Position numbers and translations under genes: made by a program. The notes under the pieces were generated by a model. The model worked only from the letters and a program-made list of their open reading frames with translations. It was not told the DNA's origin and did no database searches. Shown here piece by piece: positions 50,690 through 63,396 of a stretch of 64,000 nucleotides of DNA. This DNA comes from an uncultured Chloroflexia bacterium (GTDB taxonomy: Bacteria > Chloroflexota > Limnocylindria > Limnocylindrales > CSP1-4). The stretch covers positions 864,001-928,000 of the forward strand of contig CAVRGP010000011.1 in the NCBI GenBank assembly GCA_963720755.1, read 5' to 3'. Each line of letters opens with the position of its first letter. Positions within the stretch are counted from its first letter, which is position 1.

Positions 50690-51705
50690 GCGTGGATCTG
50701 GCCACCTACTTCGACGCCGTCCCGCCGGGCCTCATCGAGCGGATCCGCGGGTCGCGGCGAGTCGTGGCGCTCAGCCACGAGAACCCGGATGCCGACACCA
50801 TCGGCGCGACGCTCGGGGTGGTCCGCCTCATCGAGTCGATGGGCGGGAAGGCGGACCCGGTGTCCACGGATCCGATCCCTGCCCTGTACGACTTCATCGA
50901 CGGGGTCGAGCGTTTTCGGACGGATCCGGACCCCTCGGCGTCGTATGACCTGCTGGTGATCTCGGATTGCGGGTCGCTCCAGCGGACGGGGGCGGTCGCT
51001 GATCGCCACGCCGATCTGTTCGCACGGCTGCCCCTGGTCGTCATCGACCACCATGCGTCGAGCGAACCCGCCAGCGACGCGGACTGGATCGACCCCGGAT
51101 CGGCGGCCACCTGCGAGATGGTGACGATCCTGGCCGCCCGATTGGGCGTCGACCTCGCCGCGGGTGGCGGTTCGCTGGCGGCCGGCTTGATGGCCGGGAT
51201 CGTGATGGACACGGCGACCTTCGCCCACCCGAATGCCACGCCCAGGACCCTGGTCGTGTCCGCCGCCCTGGTCGAGGCAGGCGCGCCGCTGTCCGATATC
51301 TCGAGACGGCTCTACCGGACCAAGCCGGACGCGCAACTACGCCTGTTCGGGGTCGTCCTCGATCGACTCCAGAGCACGGACGATGGACGGATCGTGTGGT
51401 CGACCCTGACCGACGTCGACTACGCCGCAACCGGTGCCGAGCGCGCGCACAGCGAGGGCATCATCGATCTTCTGTCGCAGGCGGAGCATGCCGAGGTCGT
51501 CATCCTGTTCAAGCAGGCTGACAAGGCGACCCGGGTCAGTGTCCGGACCAGACCGGGCGGTGTCGACGCGACGGTCCTGACCGGGATGTTCGGCGGCGGC
51601 GGGCACGCTCGGGCCGCCGGTGCGTCGCTCGACCTGCCGCTCGACGAAGCTCGTGTCCCGGTCCTTGCCGAGGCGAACCGCCTCGTGGCCGCACTCGGGC
51701 GCTAG
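50686..51705 (+). CDS. nrnA: DHH/DHHA1 nanoRNase / pAp phosphatase
   Basis: HENPDAD, DHH and GGGHARAAG motifs. Confidence 0.92.
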   Translation: MSVDLATYFDAVPPGLIERIRGSRRVVALSHENPDADTIGATLGVVRLIESMGGKADPVSTDPIPALYDFIDGVERFRTDPDPSASYDLLVISDCGSLQRTGAVADRHADLFARLPLVVIDHHASSEPASDADWIDPGSAATCEMVTILAARLGVDLAAGGGSLAAGLMAGIVMDTATFAHPNATPRTLVVSAALVEAGAPLSDISRRLYRTKPDAQLRLFGVVLDRLQSTDDGRIVWSTLTDVDYAATGAERAHSEGIIDLLSQAEHAEVVILFKQADKATRVSVRTRPGGVDATVLTGMFGGGGHARAAGASLDLPLDEARVPVLAEANRLVAALGR

Positions 51706-51706
51706 G

Positions 51707-52693
51707 GTGGCCCGTTCGTCGCTCGGACCCGGACTTGACGGGATCCTGGTCGTCGCCAAGCCCACCGGGCCGACATCTCACGACATGGTGGCGCTCGTTC
51801 GGCGGCTCGCCGCCACCAAGCGCGTCGGTCATGGTGGGACGCTTGACCCATTCGCCTCGGGCGTGCTGCCGATCTTCCTCGGGCATGGGACGCGGATCGT
51901 GGAGTACCACCTGGGCGACCAGAAGCGGTATCGAGCGACCGTTTGTTTCGGGGCGTCGTCGACCACGGACGACCTCGAGGGCGACCTCATGCCGGTCGAT
52001 GGTTCGGAGCCGGCGCGCGAAGCCGTCGAGGCGGCGCTCCTGGCGTCGACCGGCACCATCCAGCAACGACCACCTGCCTACAGCGCGATCAAGGTCGGCG
52101 GTCGCCGCGCGTATGCCATGGCCCGTGCCGGTGAGACAGTCGTCCTGGCCGAGCGCACGGTCACCATCGACCGACTCGATGTCGTGTCGTGGGACGTGAC
52201 CGACCCCGCCCGGCCGATCGTCGTCATCGACGTGGTGTGCTCCGCCGGCACGTATGTCCGGGCCATCGCACGCGACCTTGGGGCTGCGGTGGGCAACGCT
52301 GCCTACCTGGGTGCGCTCACCAGGACGGCATCGGGTCCGTTCTCGCTGGACGACGCCGTGTCGCTCGATACGCTCCGGTCGGCGGCCGCCGAGTCGCCCG
52401 ATGGCCTCATCCCGTTCCTGCTTCCGATCGATTCTGGGCTCGATGCGTTCCCCTCCATCGTCCTCTCGTCGGATGAGGTCGCCGCAATCGCCCGCGGGCA
52501 GTTCGTTCGGCCCGGCCACGGGGTCCCGGATCCCTCGGAACGCTACCGACTCCACGGACCGGATGGGACGCTCGTCGCCATCGCCGCCTGGACGAATGGC
52601 CGCCTGGCGCCGGACAAGGTCTTCGTGGCGCCGGCCGGGTCTGGGTCGTCGGGCGCCGCGGCGCAGCCGAACGCTCCGGCGGGCGGTTCGTGA
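51707..52693 (+). CDS. truB: tRNA pseudouridine-55 synthase
   Basis: GHGGTLDPFASG, PPAYSAIK and GTYVR motifs. Confidence 0.96.
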   Translation: MARSSLGPGLDGILVVAKPTGPTSHDMVALVRRLAATKRVGHGGTLDPFASGVLPIFLGHGTRIVEYHLGDQKRYRATVCFGASSTTDDLEGDLMPVDGSEPAREAVEAALLASTGTIQQRPPAYSAIKVGGRRAYAMARAGETVVLAERTVTIDRLDVVSWDVTDPARPIVVIDVVCSAGTYVRAIARDLGAAVGNAAYLGALTRTASGPFSLDDAVSLDTLRSAAAESPDGLIPFLLPIDSGLDAFPSIVLSSDEVAAIARGQFVRPGHGVPDPSERYRLHGPDGTLVAIAAWTNGRLAPDKVFVAPAGSGSSGAAAQPNAPAGGS

Positions 52694-53445
52694 TGCAGGT
52701 CGTCCACGGGATCGACGAACTCCGGCCGGAACTCGGTCCGATCTTCGCCGTGGTCGGTGTCTTCGACGGGATGCATCGCGGCCACGCGTACCTGCTCGAT
52801 CACCTGGTTGCCCAATCCCGGGCCCGCGATGCCCGATCCACGGTCATCACCTTCGACCATCACCCCGATGAAGTCCTGCGAGGGACGGCCCCGCCGCTCC
52901 TGCTCGATCCCGACGAACGCCTCGATCGACTCGAGGCTGCCGGGGTCGACGTGACCGTCGTCCAGGCATTCGATGACGCCCTCCGTCACACGCCGTACGA
53001 CAGTTTCGTGGACCGGATCCGGGCGCGAGTGGAGTTGGCCGGGTTCCTCATGACCCCCGATGCCGCGTTCGGGTTCGAGCGAGGCGGGACGCCGGCGTCG
53101 CTGACGGCCCTCGGCCAGCGCGACGGGTTCGAAGTGGTCGTCATCCCGCCATTCGCCCTGGATGGCGAAGAGGTTCGCAGTTCGGCCATCCGTGCGGCCA
53201 TCGCCCGCGGCGACCTGGCGTCCGCGGCTCGGCTACTGGGCCGGCCGATCACCATCACGGGTTCGGTCGGCGGTTCGATCGATGGTCGGGCCCGGCTGGA
53301 CCCCTCCCTTCCCGTCGCACTGCCACCGGACGGCGAGTACCGGGCTTCGATCGGCGGCCGCGGCGTGACCCTGTGGATCGTCGACGGCGACGCGTATCTG
53401 CCCGTGGGAGAGTACCCGAGTCAGCGGGTCACGCTCGTACTCTGA
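52690..53445 (+). CDS. RibF-like FMN adenylyltransferase with a degenerate or absent riboflavin kinase domain
   Basis: GVFDGMHRGH, TFDHHP and SSAIR motifs in the truB-ribF position; no PTAN or ExH kinase motifs; only 251 aa. Confidence 0.85.
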   Translation: MMQVVHGIDELRPELGPIFAVVGVFDGMHRGHAYLLDHLVAQSRARDARSTVITFDHHPDEVLRGTAPPLLLDPDERLDRLEAAGVDVTVVQAFDDALRHTPYDSFVDRIRARVELAGFLMTPDAAFGFERGGTPASLTALGQRDGFEVVVIPPFALDGEEVRSSAIRAAIARGDLASAARLLGRPITITGSVGGSIDGRARLDPSLPVALPPDGEYRASIGGRGVTLWIVDGDAYLPVGEYPSQRVTLVL

Positions 53446-53453
53446 GAGCGGCC

Positions 53454-53675
53454 TCAGCCGCCGAGGATCTCAGGCGCGGCGTCAGGATCATCGCGGCCCT
53501 GTTCCGGCTGGTCGACCCGATCACCGGCCTCCCAGGCCGGCTCGCCGGTCTCGTGGTGTCGTCGTCGGCCGGCTTCGCGGCGATCGTGGCGAGACGCGTG
53601 CGCATCAGCGGACGGGCCGGGCGCAGCCTCGGGCGACTTCGAGAAGATCCCGGCGAGTCTTGACAGCAGCGACAT
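53454..53675 (-). CDS. Small hypothetical protein (73 aa)
   Basis: TGATG coupling to the upstream adenosyltransferase stop. Confidence 0.55.
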   Translation of the reverse strand: MSLLSRLAGIFSKSPEAAPGPSADAHASRHDRREAGRRRHHETGEPAWEAGDRVDQPEQGRDDPDAAPEILGG

Positions 53676-54238
53676 CAGAGACCTGGCCTCCAGAGCGGTT
53701 CGCCGACGTTGCGTTCGTGGTTCTCGTACCGGGCCATGACGAACAAGGCATCGGACAGTCGATTGAGGTAGGGGAGGACGCTCGGCCCGATCGTCTCGTC
53801 GCGAGCCAGCGCCGTCGCCTGGCGTTCGGCCCGGCGACAGATCGTCCGTGCGACATGGAGCTGCGCCGCGCCGGGAGCCCCGCCCGGCAGGAGGAAGTTG
53901 GCCAATGGGCCGACGACCGCATTGAGTTCATCGATGAGCCGTTCGAGCGCTTCGACGTGGCGCGGCTGGATCGTGGGTACCGGATGGCGGGCCTGGCTGC
54001 TGGCCGGCGTGGCCAGGTCCGAGCCCAGATCGAACAGCTGGTTCTGGATCGCCTCCAACTCGGTCCGGAGTCGCTCGCACACGCCGGTCGCCTGGGCGAC
54101 CCCGATCTGCGAGTTGAGTTCGTCGACGGTCCCGTAGGTCTCGACCCGCGGCAAATCCTTGGCTACCCGCTGACCGCCACCGAGGCCGGTCGTGCCGTCG
54201 TCGCCGGTCTTCGTGTAGATCTTGGTGAGGCGTGGCAT
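53675..54238 (-). CDS. PduO-type ATP:cob(I)alamin adenosyltransferase
   Basis: [30 protein letters not shown] and YLNRLSD motifs. Confidence 0.95.
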   Translation of the reverse strand: MPRLTKIYTKTGDDGTTGLGGGQRVAKDLPRVETYGTVDELNSQIGVAQATGVCERLRTELEAIQNQLFDLGSDLATPASSQARHPVPTIQPRHVEALERLIDELNAVVGPLANFLLPGGAPGAAQLHVARTICRRAERQATALARDETIGPSVLPYLNRLSDALFVMARYENHERNVGEPLWRPGL

Positions 54239-54337
54239 GGGCCTATTGTCCCGCACGCAAGGCCCGCATGGCGCGCGACCGTGCGACGTGACGGTCGCGG
54301 TGATGCCGGCACGCCATTTGCCGCGTCGGAGTGAGCC

Positions 54338-54346
54338 TGCTACCAT
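54338..54346 (+). promoter_or_regulatory. rpsO extended -10 promoter (TGcTACCAT)
   Basis: Extended -10 match about 55 nt upstream of rpsO. Confidence 0.55.
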
Positions 54347-54399
54347 CCGTCGGTCATAGATGGAAGACATCACGTCACACGTCGTGTTCGGAGGAACGA

Positions 54400-54669
54400 G
54401 TGCCGCTCGCGCGGGAACAGAAGCAGGAGATCATCACCGGGTTCGCCACCAAGGAAGGTGACACCGGATCGCCGGAGGTCCAGGTCGCGCTCTTGACAGA
54501 GCGGATCAAGGAGCTGACCGGGCATCTCAAGAGCTTTCCCAAGGATAATCATTCGCGCCGCGGCCTCCTCAAGCTCGTCGGCCAGCGCCGCCGCCTTCTC
54601 GCTTACCTGATGAAGAAGGACAGCGCGCGCTACCGGGTCGTCATCGGACGACTCGGACTCCGCCGCTAG
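54400..54669 (+). CDS. rpsO: 30S ribosomal protein S15
   Basis: [19 protein letters not shown] and LGLRR motifs; GGAGG Shine-Dalgarno. Confidence 0.97.
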   Translation: MPLAREQKQEIITGFATKEGDTGSPEVQVALLTERIKELTGHLKSFPKDNHSRRGLLKLVGQRRRLLAYLMKKDSARYRVVIGRLGLRR

Positions 54670-54791
54670 GCGCCACCGCATCCGGGCCCCGGCACAGACC
54701 GGGGTCCCCTCGCGTTCGGCGCTCAAGGCCCAGTCGGCCGACCTGCCGCAGGTCGTCGCCCTCCTCCGCGACATAAGGAGGAACAGTTCCC

Positions 54792-57374
<2,583 letters not shown>

Positions 57375-57397
57375 GACCTCGTCTCCCGCGCACGACC

Positions 57398-57434
57398 GAT
57401 GGAGCCGCCGGGTGACCGGCGGCTCCATCCTTCT
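57398..57434 (+). terminator. Terminator hairpin after pnp
   Basis: Perfect 14-bp stem GATGGAGCCGCCGG-GTGA-CCGGCGGCTCCATC followed by CTTCT. Confidence 0.75.
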
Positions 57435-57470
57435 GACGATCGGGCCGCTTCGGGACCGCCAGATAGCCGC

Positions 57471-57479
57471 TGGTATACT
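57471..57479 (+). promoter_or_regulatory. asd extended -10 promoter (TGgTATACT)
   Basis: Near-consensus extended -10 downstream of the pnp terminator. Confidence 0.6.
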
Positions 57480-57527
57480 CGGGCTCGTGCCCGACCCTGC
57501 GCCAGGACGAGCGAGGCCGCCCGCACC

Positions 57528-58616
57528 ATGAACCGCCAACCCCTTACCGTTGCCGTCGTCGGCGCGACCGGCGTCGTCGGACGGACGATGATCCGGGTCC
57601 TCAACGAGCGTGAATTCCCGCTCGATGAGCTGCGTCTGCTCGCCTCGGCGAATTCGGCCGGACGGACCCTGTCCATCGATGGCCGAACGCTTGAGATCGG
57701 TGAGGCCACCCCCGAGTCGTTCGACGGTGTCGATCTCGCCCTGTTCTCGGCGGGAGGCGGCGTCTCGCTTGACCTCGCCCCCGCGGCCGTCGCACGAGGT
57801 GCGACCGTGATCGACAATTCCTCAGCGTGGCGGATGGATCCGTCCGTTCCGCTCGTCGTGTCGCAGGTCAACCCTGGCGACCTCGAAGGGCATGGAGGGA
57901 TCGTCGCCAATCCGAACTGCTCGACGATGCAGATGGCTCCGATCCTGATGGCCATCCGGGATGCGGTCGGCCTGGAGCGCGTGGTCGTGGACACCTACCA
58001 GTCGGTTTCCGGCACCGGCGCCGACGCCCTTGCCGAACTCGAGGGCCAGGTTCGGGCGCACGTTGCAGGGGATGCGCCGGTGGCCGATGTCTACCCACAC
58101 CCGATCGCCTTCAACGCGATCCCGGAGATCGATACGTTCCTGCCGAACGGGTACACGAAGGAGGAGTGGAAGGTCGTCAGCGAGAACCGCAAGATCCTGC
58201 ATCTGCCGGACCTCCGGATCTCCTGTACCGCGGTCCGCGTCCCGGTCTTCGTCAGCCATTCGGAAGCCATCCACGTCGAGACCCGCGATCCGATCACCCC
58301 GGGCCAGGCTCGTGCCCTCTTTGCGCGGGTGGCCGGCGTCATCGTCGAAGACGATCCGTCTCAGCACCGGTACCCCCTCGCGACGGACGCCGCCGGCCGC
58401 GACGAGATCTTCGTCGGGCGCATCCGCCAGGACGCATCCATCGCCGGCGACCGCGGGCTGGCCCTGTGGGTCGTGTCGGACAACCTGCGCAAGGGCGCGG
58501 CGACGAACGCGGTGGAACTGGCCGAGATCCTGCTCGAGCGGGACTGGGTCAGGCCGTCCGGGGCCCGCGGGGCTGCACCGTATCGGGCCGCGGCGACACT
58601 CGAGGTCACGGCGTGA
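57528..58616 (+). CDS. asd: Aspartate-semialdehyde dehydrogenase
   Basis: GATGVVG, NPNCST, YQSVSG and DNLRKGAA motifs. Confidence 0.97.
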   Translation: MNRQPLTVAVVGATGVVGRTMIRVLNEREFPLDELRLLASANSAGRTLSIDGRTLEIGEATPESFDGVDLALFSAGGGVSLDLAPAAVARGATVIDNSSAWRMDPSVPLVVSQVNPGDLEGHGGIVANPNCSTMQMAPILMAIRDAVGLERVVVDTYQSVSGTGADALAELEGQVRAHVAGDAPVADVYPHPIAFNAIPEIDTFLPNGYTKEEWKVVSENRKILHLPDLRISCTAVRVPVFVSHSEAIHVETRDPITPGQARALFARVAGVIVEDDPSQHRYPLATDAAGRDEIFVGRIRQDASIAGDRGLALWVVSDNLRKGAATNAVELAEILLERDWVRPSGARGAAPYRAAATLEVTA

Positions 58617-59359
58617 CCGACGCCGAGCGCCGGGCGGCACTCGAGGACATCGCTGTGGAGGTCCGGGCCTGCACCGGGTGTCGGCTGCACGAGACGCGCA
58701 CCAAGGCCGTTCCCGGAGAGGGTGATGCCGAGACAGAAGTCGTGTTCGTCGGCGAGGGTCCGGGGTTCAACGAGGATCGCCAAGGACGACCGTTCGTGGG
58801 CCGGGCGGGCGATCTGCTGGTCAAGTTGCTGGCCTCGATCGGCTGGCGGCGCGAGGATGTCTTCATCACCAACGTCGTCAAGTGCCGGCCGCCCGAGAAT
58901 CGTGACCCGCAGCCCGACGAGATCGCAGCATGCGCGCCGTTCCTGCGTCGTCAGCTCGAGGTCCTCGATCCTGCCGTGGTGGTGACGCTCGGCCGGTTCT
59001 CCATGGCGACGTTCATGCCCGGTGTCCGGATCTCCCAGGCCCATGGGACGGTCCGGCCGGTCGATCCGACGACCGGGGCACGGTCAGCCGTGGCGTTCGC
59101 GATGTATCACCCCGCGGCCGCGCTTCGGACCCCGGCCATCGAGCGCGAGAGTTACGCCGACATCGCGGCCGTCCCCGCCACCTTGCTGGCGTCCCGCGAG
59201 CGCCGAGCGGCGGCCACGATCCCTGAGCCGGACGCGATCGCGGATCCGGGCCCAGCGCCCCTCGCGAAGAACGCCACCGACGATCTCCCGGCCGCCGCCG
59301 AACCGGCGGATGCAAGCGAGTCGAACGATGGTTCGACTCCCCAACTGACCCTCTTCTAG
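58613..59359 (+). CDS. Family 4 (Fe-S) uracil-DNA glycosylase
   Basis: CTGCRL, GEGPG, PFVG, KCRPPENR and YHPAA motifs; C-terminal QLTLF. Confidence 0.95.
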   Translation: MTDAERRAALEDIAVEVRACTGCRLHETRTKAVPGEGDAETEVVFVGEGPGFNEDRQGRPFVGRAGDLLVKLLASIGWRREDVFITNVVKCRPPENRDPQPDEIAACAPFLRRQLEVLDPAVVVTLGRFSMATFMPGVRISQAHGTVRPVDPTTGARSAVAFAMYHPAAALRTPAIERESYADIAAVPATLLASRERRAAATIPEPDAIADPGPAPLAKNATDDLPAAAEPADASESNDGSTPQLTLF

Positions 59360-59363
59360 CCGT

Positions 59364-61049
59364 ATGCCAAGGACCAAGATGCCCATCACCGACGACCAGC
59401 CGCTCCGCATCATCCCGCTCGGCGGGGTGGGTGAGATCGGCAAGAACATGTACGTCTTCGAGTACCGCGACGAGATCGTCGTCATCGACTGCGGCCTGAT
59501 GTTCCCCGACGAGGAGATGTTCGGGATCGACCTCGTGATCCCCGACATCACCTACCTCAAGGAGAATCGGGCAAAGGTCAAGGCGTTCCTCATCACCCAC
59601 GCGCACGAGGACCACGTCGGCGCCTTGCCGTATGTCCTCCCCGAATTCCCGGGCGTGCCGGTCTACGCGTCCACCCTGGCCCGCGGCCTGCTCGGGAACA
59701 AGATCAAGGAACACAAACTCCACAACAACCCGCTCATCGCCCTCGAACCCGGCGACGAGGTCGACATCGGAGCGTTCCGCGTCATGCCGTTCCGGGTGGG
59801 GCACTCCATCCCGGACGCGATGGGGATCGCGCTGCGAACCCCGGTCGGGACGATCGTGCACACCGGCGACTTCAAGTTCGACCACACCCCGGTCGACGGC
59901 AAGCTGTCTGATTTCGCGATCCTCGCCCGACTCGGACAGGAAGGCGTCCTGTGCCTGCTGTCCGACTCCACCCGAGCCGAGAACCCGGGCTATACCCCAT
60001 CTGAACGAACCGTCGGCGACGCATTCCGCGAGATCATGGAGCCGCTCGAGGGTCGGGTCATCGTGGCAACCTTCGCGAGCAACATCGCCCGGGTCCAGCA
60101 GGTCCTCGACGCCGCCGCGGATATGCATCGGAGTGTCTCGGTCATCGGCCGGTCGATGGAGCAGAACTTCCGGATCGCGACGGATCTCGGCTACCTCAAG
60201 TACGACCCGGCGCAGATCGTGCCGAAGGACAAGATCAGGGACCATCCGGACCCCCGGATCGTCATCGCCACGACCGGTGCCCAGGGCGAGCCGATGGCCG
60301 GTCTCGCCCGGATGGCCAACCGCGACCATCGGTTCGTCGAGATCCAGCCCGGGGATACGGTCATCGTCAGCGCCAGCCCGATTCCCGGCAATGAGGAGTC
60401 GGTCTCACGAACCATCGATAACCTGTTCAAGGCCGGCGCAAACGTCTACTACCACACGATCAAGCGTGCCCACGTCTCGGGGCACGCGAGCCAGGAGGAG
60501 CTCAAGCTCATGCTCGGCCTGACCAAGCCGAAGCACTTCATCCCGATGCACGGCGAGTTCCGGATGCAGGTCCAGCATGGCCGCCTGGCGATCGAGACGG
60601 GCGTCGCGCCTGAGAACGTCTTCATCATCGAGAATGGCACGCCGATCGAGCTGTTCGCCGATGGCAGTGCCAGGCGGGCAAACCCGGTCACCGCCGGGTA
60701 CGTCTACGTCGACGGCCTGTCGGTCGGGGAAGTCGGTGACATCGTGCTGCGTGACCGACGCGCCCTCGCCAACGACGGGATGTTCATGATCGTCGTGACC
60801 GTCGACAAGCAGACCGGTTCGGTCGTCGGGCGACCCGAGATCATCACCCGGGGCTTCGTCCATCTCAATGAACAGGATCCGATCATGAAGGAGGCGCTCG
60901 AGCGCGTGATCGCGTCGATCCACACGCCGGGCGACCACATCAGCGAGATCGCCCTGCTCAAGACCCAGATCAAGGACGGCGTCTCGCGTTTCCTGTACGA
61001 ACAGACGAAGCGTCGGCCGATGGTCTTCCCGGTCGTCGTCGAGGTCTGA
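59364..61049 (+). CDS. rnj: Ribonuclease J
   Basis: GGVGEIGKN, THAHEDH, HSIPD and HVSGH motifs. Confidence 0.97.
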   Translation: MPRTKMPITDDQPLRIIPLGGVGEIGKNMYVFEYRDEIVVIDCGLMFPDEEMFGIDLVIPDITYLKENRAKVKAFLITHAHEDHVGALPYVLPEFPGVPVYASTLARGLLGNKIKEHKLHNNPLIALEPGDEVDIGAFRVMPFRVGHSIPDAMGIALRTPVGTIVHTGDFKFDHTPVDGKLSDFAILARLGQEGVLCLLSDSTRAENPGYTPSERTVGDAFREIMEPLEGRVIVATFASNIARVQQVLDAAADMHRSVSVIGRSMEQNFRIATDLGYLKYDPAQIVPKDKIRDHPDPRIVIATTGAQGEPMAGLARMANRDHRFVEIQPGDTVIVSASPIPGNEESVSRTIDNLFKAGANVYYHTIKRAHVSGHASQEELKLMLGLTKPKHFIPMHGEFRMQVQHGRLAIETGVAPENVFIIENGTPIELFADGSARRANPVTAGYVYVDGLSVGEVGDIVLRDRRALANDGMFMIVVTVDKQTGSVVGRPEIITRGFVHLNEQDPIMKEALERVIASIHTPGDHISEIALLKTQIKDGVSRFLYEQTKRRPMVFPVVVEV

Positions 61050-61050
61050 C

Positions 61051-63396
61051 ATGGCGACACGCCGCCGATCGACGGCCAGCAAGACGCCTGCTCGTCCGTC
61101 ACGGGCCCGACGCAAGGCCACCTGGAGCTCGCGGATCACGCCGGAGGTCGTCCGATCGCTCATCGGACTGACGCTCCTCGTGCTCGGAGCGATGACCCTG
61201 ATCGCCCTGGCGCTCCCCGGTCAGGGCGCGCTGACCAGCTGGTGGACCGGTGTCTTCGCGCCATGGTTCGGGGCGATGCGCTGGCTCCTGCCGTTCCTGA
61301 TGCTTGCGGCTGGGTGGTGGCTCGAATGGGGCCCGGGCACGCGTCCGGGATCCGGATGGGGGATCACCCTCGTCGGCCTGTGTATCGCCTACGCGGGCGT
61401 CCTTGGTGCGGCCCAGGTCGTCGGGTTCAGCAGTGGGCGCATCGGTCGAGCCCTTGCCGGGCCCGCGAGCGATCTCTTCACCCCGTTGGGGGCCTTCATC
61501 CTGCTCCTCGCCCTGGCGCTTGTCGGCATCATCGTCGGGTTCGGGATCCCACTCCGGCAGCTGACCCGGCCGGCCGTCGGGACGGCGCGCTGGATGGGGA
61601 CGACCGCAGCGGCCTCGCTCCGTCGAGATCCAGCGGACTCCGGCACCGTCCCGCCGGCCAAGTCGCCGGTTGCGGTGCCGGTGGCATCCGACGCCCGGGG
61701 CCGGTCGAACGGCAAGCCCGTTGGTGCGACCCCATCGCCAGGTCAGACGGGCGTCTGGGGCAACAATTCGAGCAGCGCGATCCCGGCGGCCGTTCCCAGC
61801 GTCGCGCCGAATTCGGCCACCTTCGCACCAGCCCGAACGGGAGTCGCGGCGTCGGCCACGCTCGTCGCTCCCCGGCCCGAGCGCGACCCCGACGATGTCA
61901 CCGATGCCGCCGACTCACCCCCGACGAAGGACCGGATCGACTACGTCCTGCCGCCGCTCACGACCCTCGACGACATCGCGGTGCCGATCGCTGCCGGCGG
62001 CGACGAGGCGGCCCACCAGCGCAACGAGGAGATCATCGTCAAGAAGCTGGCCGGCTTCGGGATCCCGGCCAGGATCGAGACGCGAAACGCCGGTCCGGTC
62101 GTCACCCAGTACGAAGTCCAGCCTGCGCCCGACATCAAGGTGAGCCGGATCGAGGCATTGTCGGACGACCTGGCGATGGCCCTGGCCGCCCGGTCCCTCC
62201 GGATCGAGGCGCCGATCCCGGGCAAGAGCGCAGTCGGGATCGAGATCCCCAACAAGGACTTCAACATCGTCGCCCTCCGCCGGATCCTCGAGGAGGTCGA
62301 CTTCAAGGGATCGGGTTCGACCCTGACCTTCGCCCTCGGCCGGGATGTCGCCGGCAAGGCCCAGGCGGTCGACCTGGCGAAGATGCCGCACCTGCTCATC
62401 GCCGGGGCGACCGGGTCGGGCAAGAGCGTGATGGTCAACGCGCTGATCACCAGCCTCCTGTGCGAGGCGACCCCGGACGACGTGCGGATGATCCTGATGG
62501 ACCTCAAGCGGGTCGAGCTGGCCGCCTACAACGGGTTGCCCCACCTGCTCGTCCCGGTCATCACCGAGCCCGAGCGGGCCAAGGCGGCGCTCAAGTGGGC
62601 GGTCAACGAGATGGAGGCGCGCTACCGACGGCTGGCCGGCGCGACGGCCCGTAACATCCGCGCATTCAACGAGACGCGGGTGGATCCGGACGATCGGATG
62701 CCCTATATCGTGATCATCATCGACGAGCTCGCCGACCTGATGATGCGCGAGGGCAAGAACGTCGAGGACCCCATCGTCCGACTCGCCCAGAAGGCCCGGG
62801 CCACCGGGATCCACATGGTCCTCGCGACGCAACGGCCGTCGGTCAACGTGGTCACCGGCCTGATCAAGGCCAACTTCCCGAGCCGGATCGCCTTCGCGAT
62901 GGCGTCCCAGATCGACTCCCGTACGATCCTCGATGCGCCGGGCGCCGAGGACCTGATCGGGCGGGGCGACATGCTCTACCAGCCGTCGGACCTGCCCCGG
63001 CCGATGCGCCTGCAGGGCGTGTTCGTGTCGGACGCGGAGATCGCCCGGGTCGTCGAGCATTGGAAGGGCCAGATCGAGGATCCGCACTACGACATGGGCA
63101 TCATCGACACCGGCGACGAAGGGACCGGTTCGACCGACGACCTGGCCGACGAGGAAGCGGATCGGTTGCTGCCGGATGCCGTGGAGGTGATTCGGGAGTA
63201 CGATCGGGCCTCAGCGTCGCTCCTCCAGCGCCGCCTCAAGGTCGGCTATGCGCGAGCCGCCCGGATGATCGACCAGCTGGAGGCGCGTGGGTACATCGGT
63301 GCCTTCGATGGCTCCAATGCCCGACCGGTCCTGCGACGCGATGAGACGACGGGGTCGACCGGGGCCGACGAGGACCCCGATGGGGACGACGGATGA
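61051..63396 (+). CDS. ftsK: FtsK/SpoIIIE DNA translocase
   Basis: N-terminal TM helices, GATGSGKS, DELADLM and the gamma domain LQRRLKVGYARAAR. Confidence 0.97.
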   Translation: MATRRRSTASKTPARPSRARRKATWSSRITPEVVRSLIGLTLLVLGAMTLIALALPGQGALTSWWTGVFAPWFGAMRWLLPFLMLAAGWWLEWGPGTRPGSGWGITLVGLCIAYAGVLGAAQVVGFSSGRIGRALAGPASDLFTPLGAFILLLALALVGIIVGFGIPLRQLTRPAVGTARWMGTTAAASLRRDPADSGTVPPAKSPVAVPVASDARGRSNGKPVGATPSPGQTGVWGNNSSSAIPAAVPSVAPNSATFAPARTGVAASATLVAPRPERDPDDVTDAADSPPTKDRIDYVLPPLTTLDDIAVPIAAGGDEAAHQRNEEIIVKKLAGFGIPARIETRNAGPVVTQYEVQPAPDIKVSRIEALSDDLAMALAARSLRIEAPIPGKSAVGIEIPNKDFNIVALRRILEEVDFKGSGSTLTFALGRDVAGKAQAVDLAKMPHLLIAGATGSGKSVMVNALITSLLCEATPDDVRMILMDLKRVELAAYNGLPHLLVPVITEPERAKAALKWAVNEMEARYRRLAGATARNIRAFNETRVDPDDRMPYIVIIIDELADLMMREGKNVEDPIVRLAQKARATGIHMVLATQRPSVNVVTGLIKANFPSRIAFAMASQIDSRTILDAPGAEDLIGRGDMLYQPSDLPRPMRLQGVFVSDAEIARVVEHWKGQIEDPHYDMGIIDTGDEGTGSTDDLADEEADRLLPDAVEVIREYDRASASLLQRRLKVGYARAARMIDQLEARGYIGAFDGSNARPVLRRDETTGSTGADEDPDGDDG

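Noticed and set aside
53240-53445. Frameshifted ribF pseudogene
   Set aside because: Kinase motifs are absent from the other frames too, and the ORF ends cleanly, which fits a degenerate domain better.
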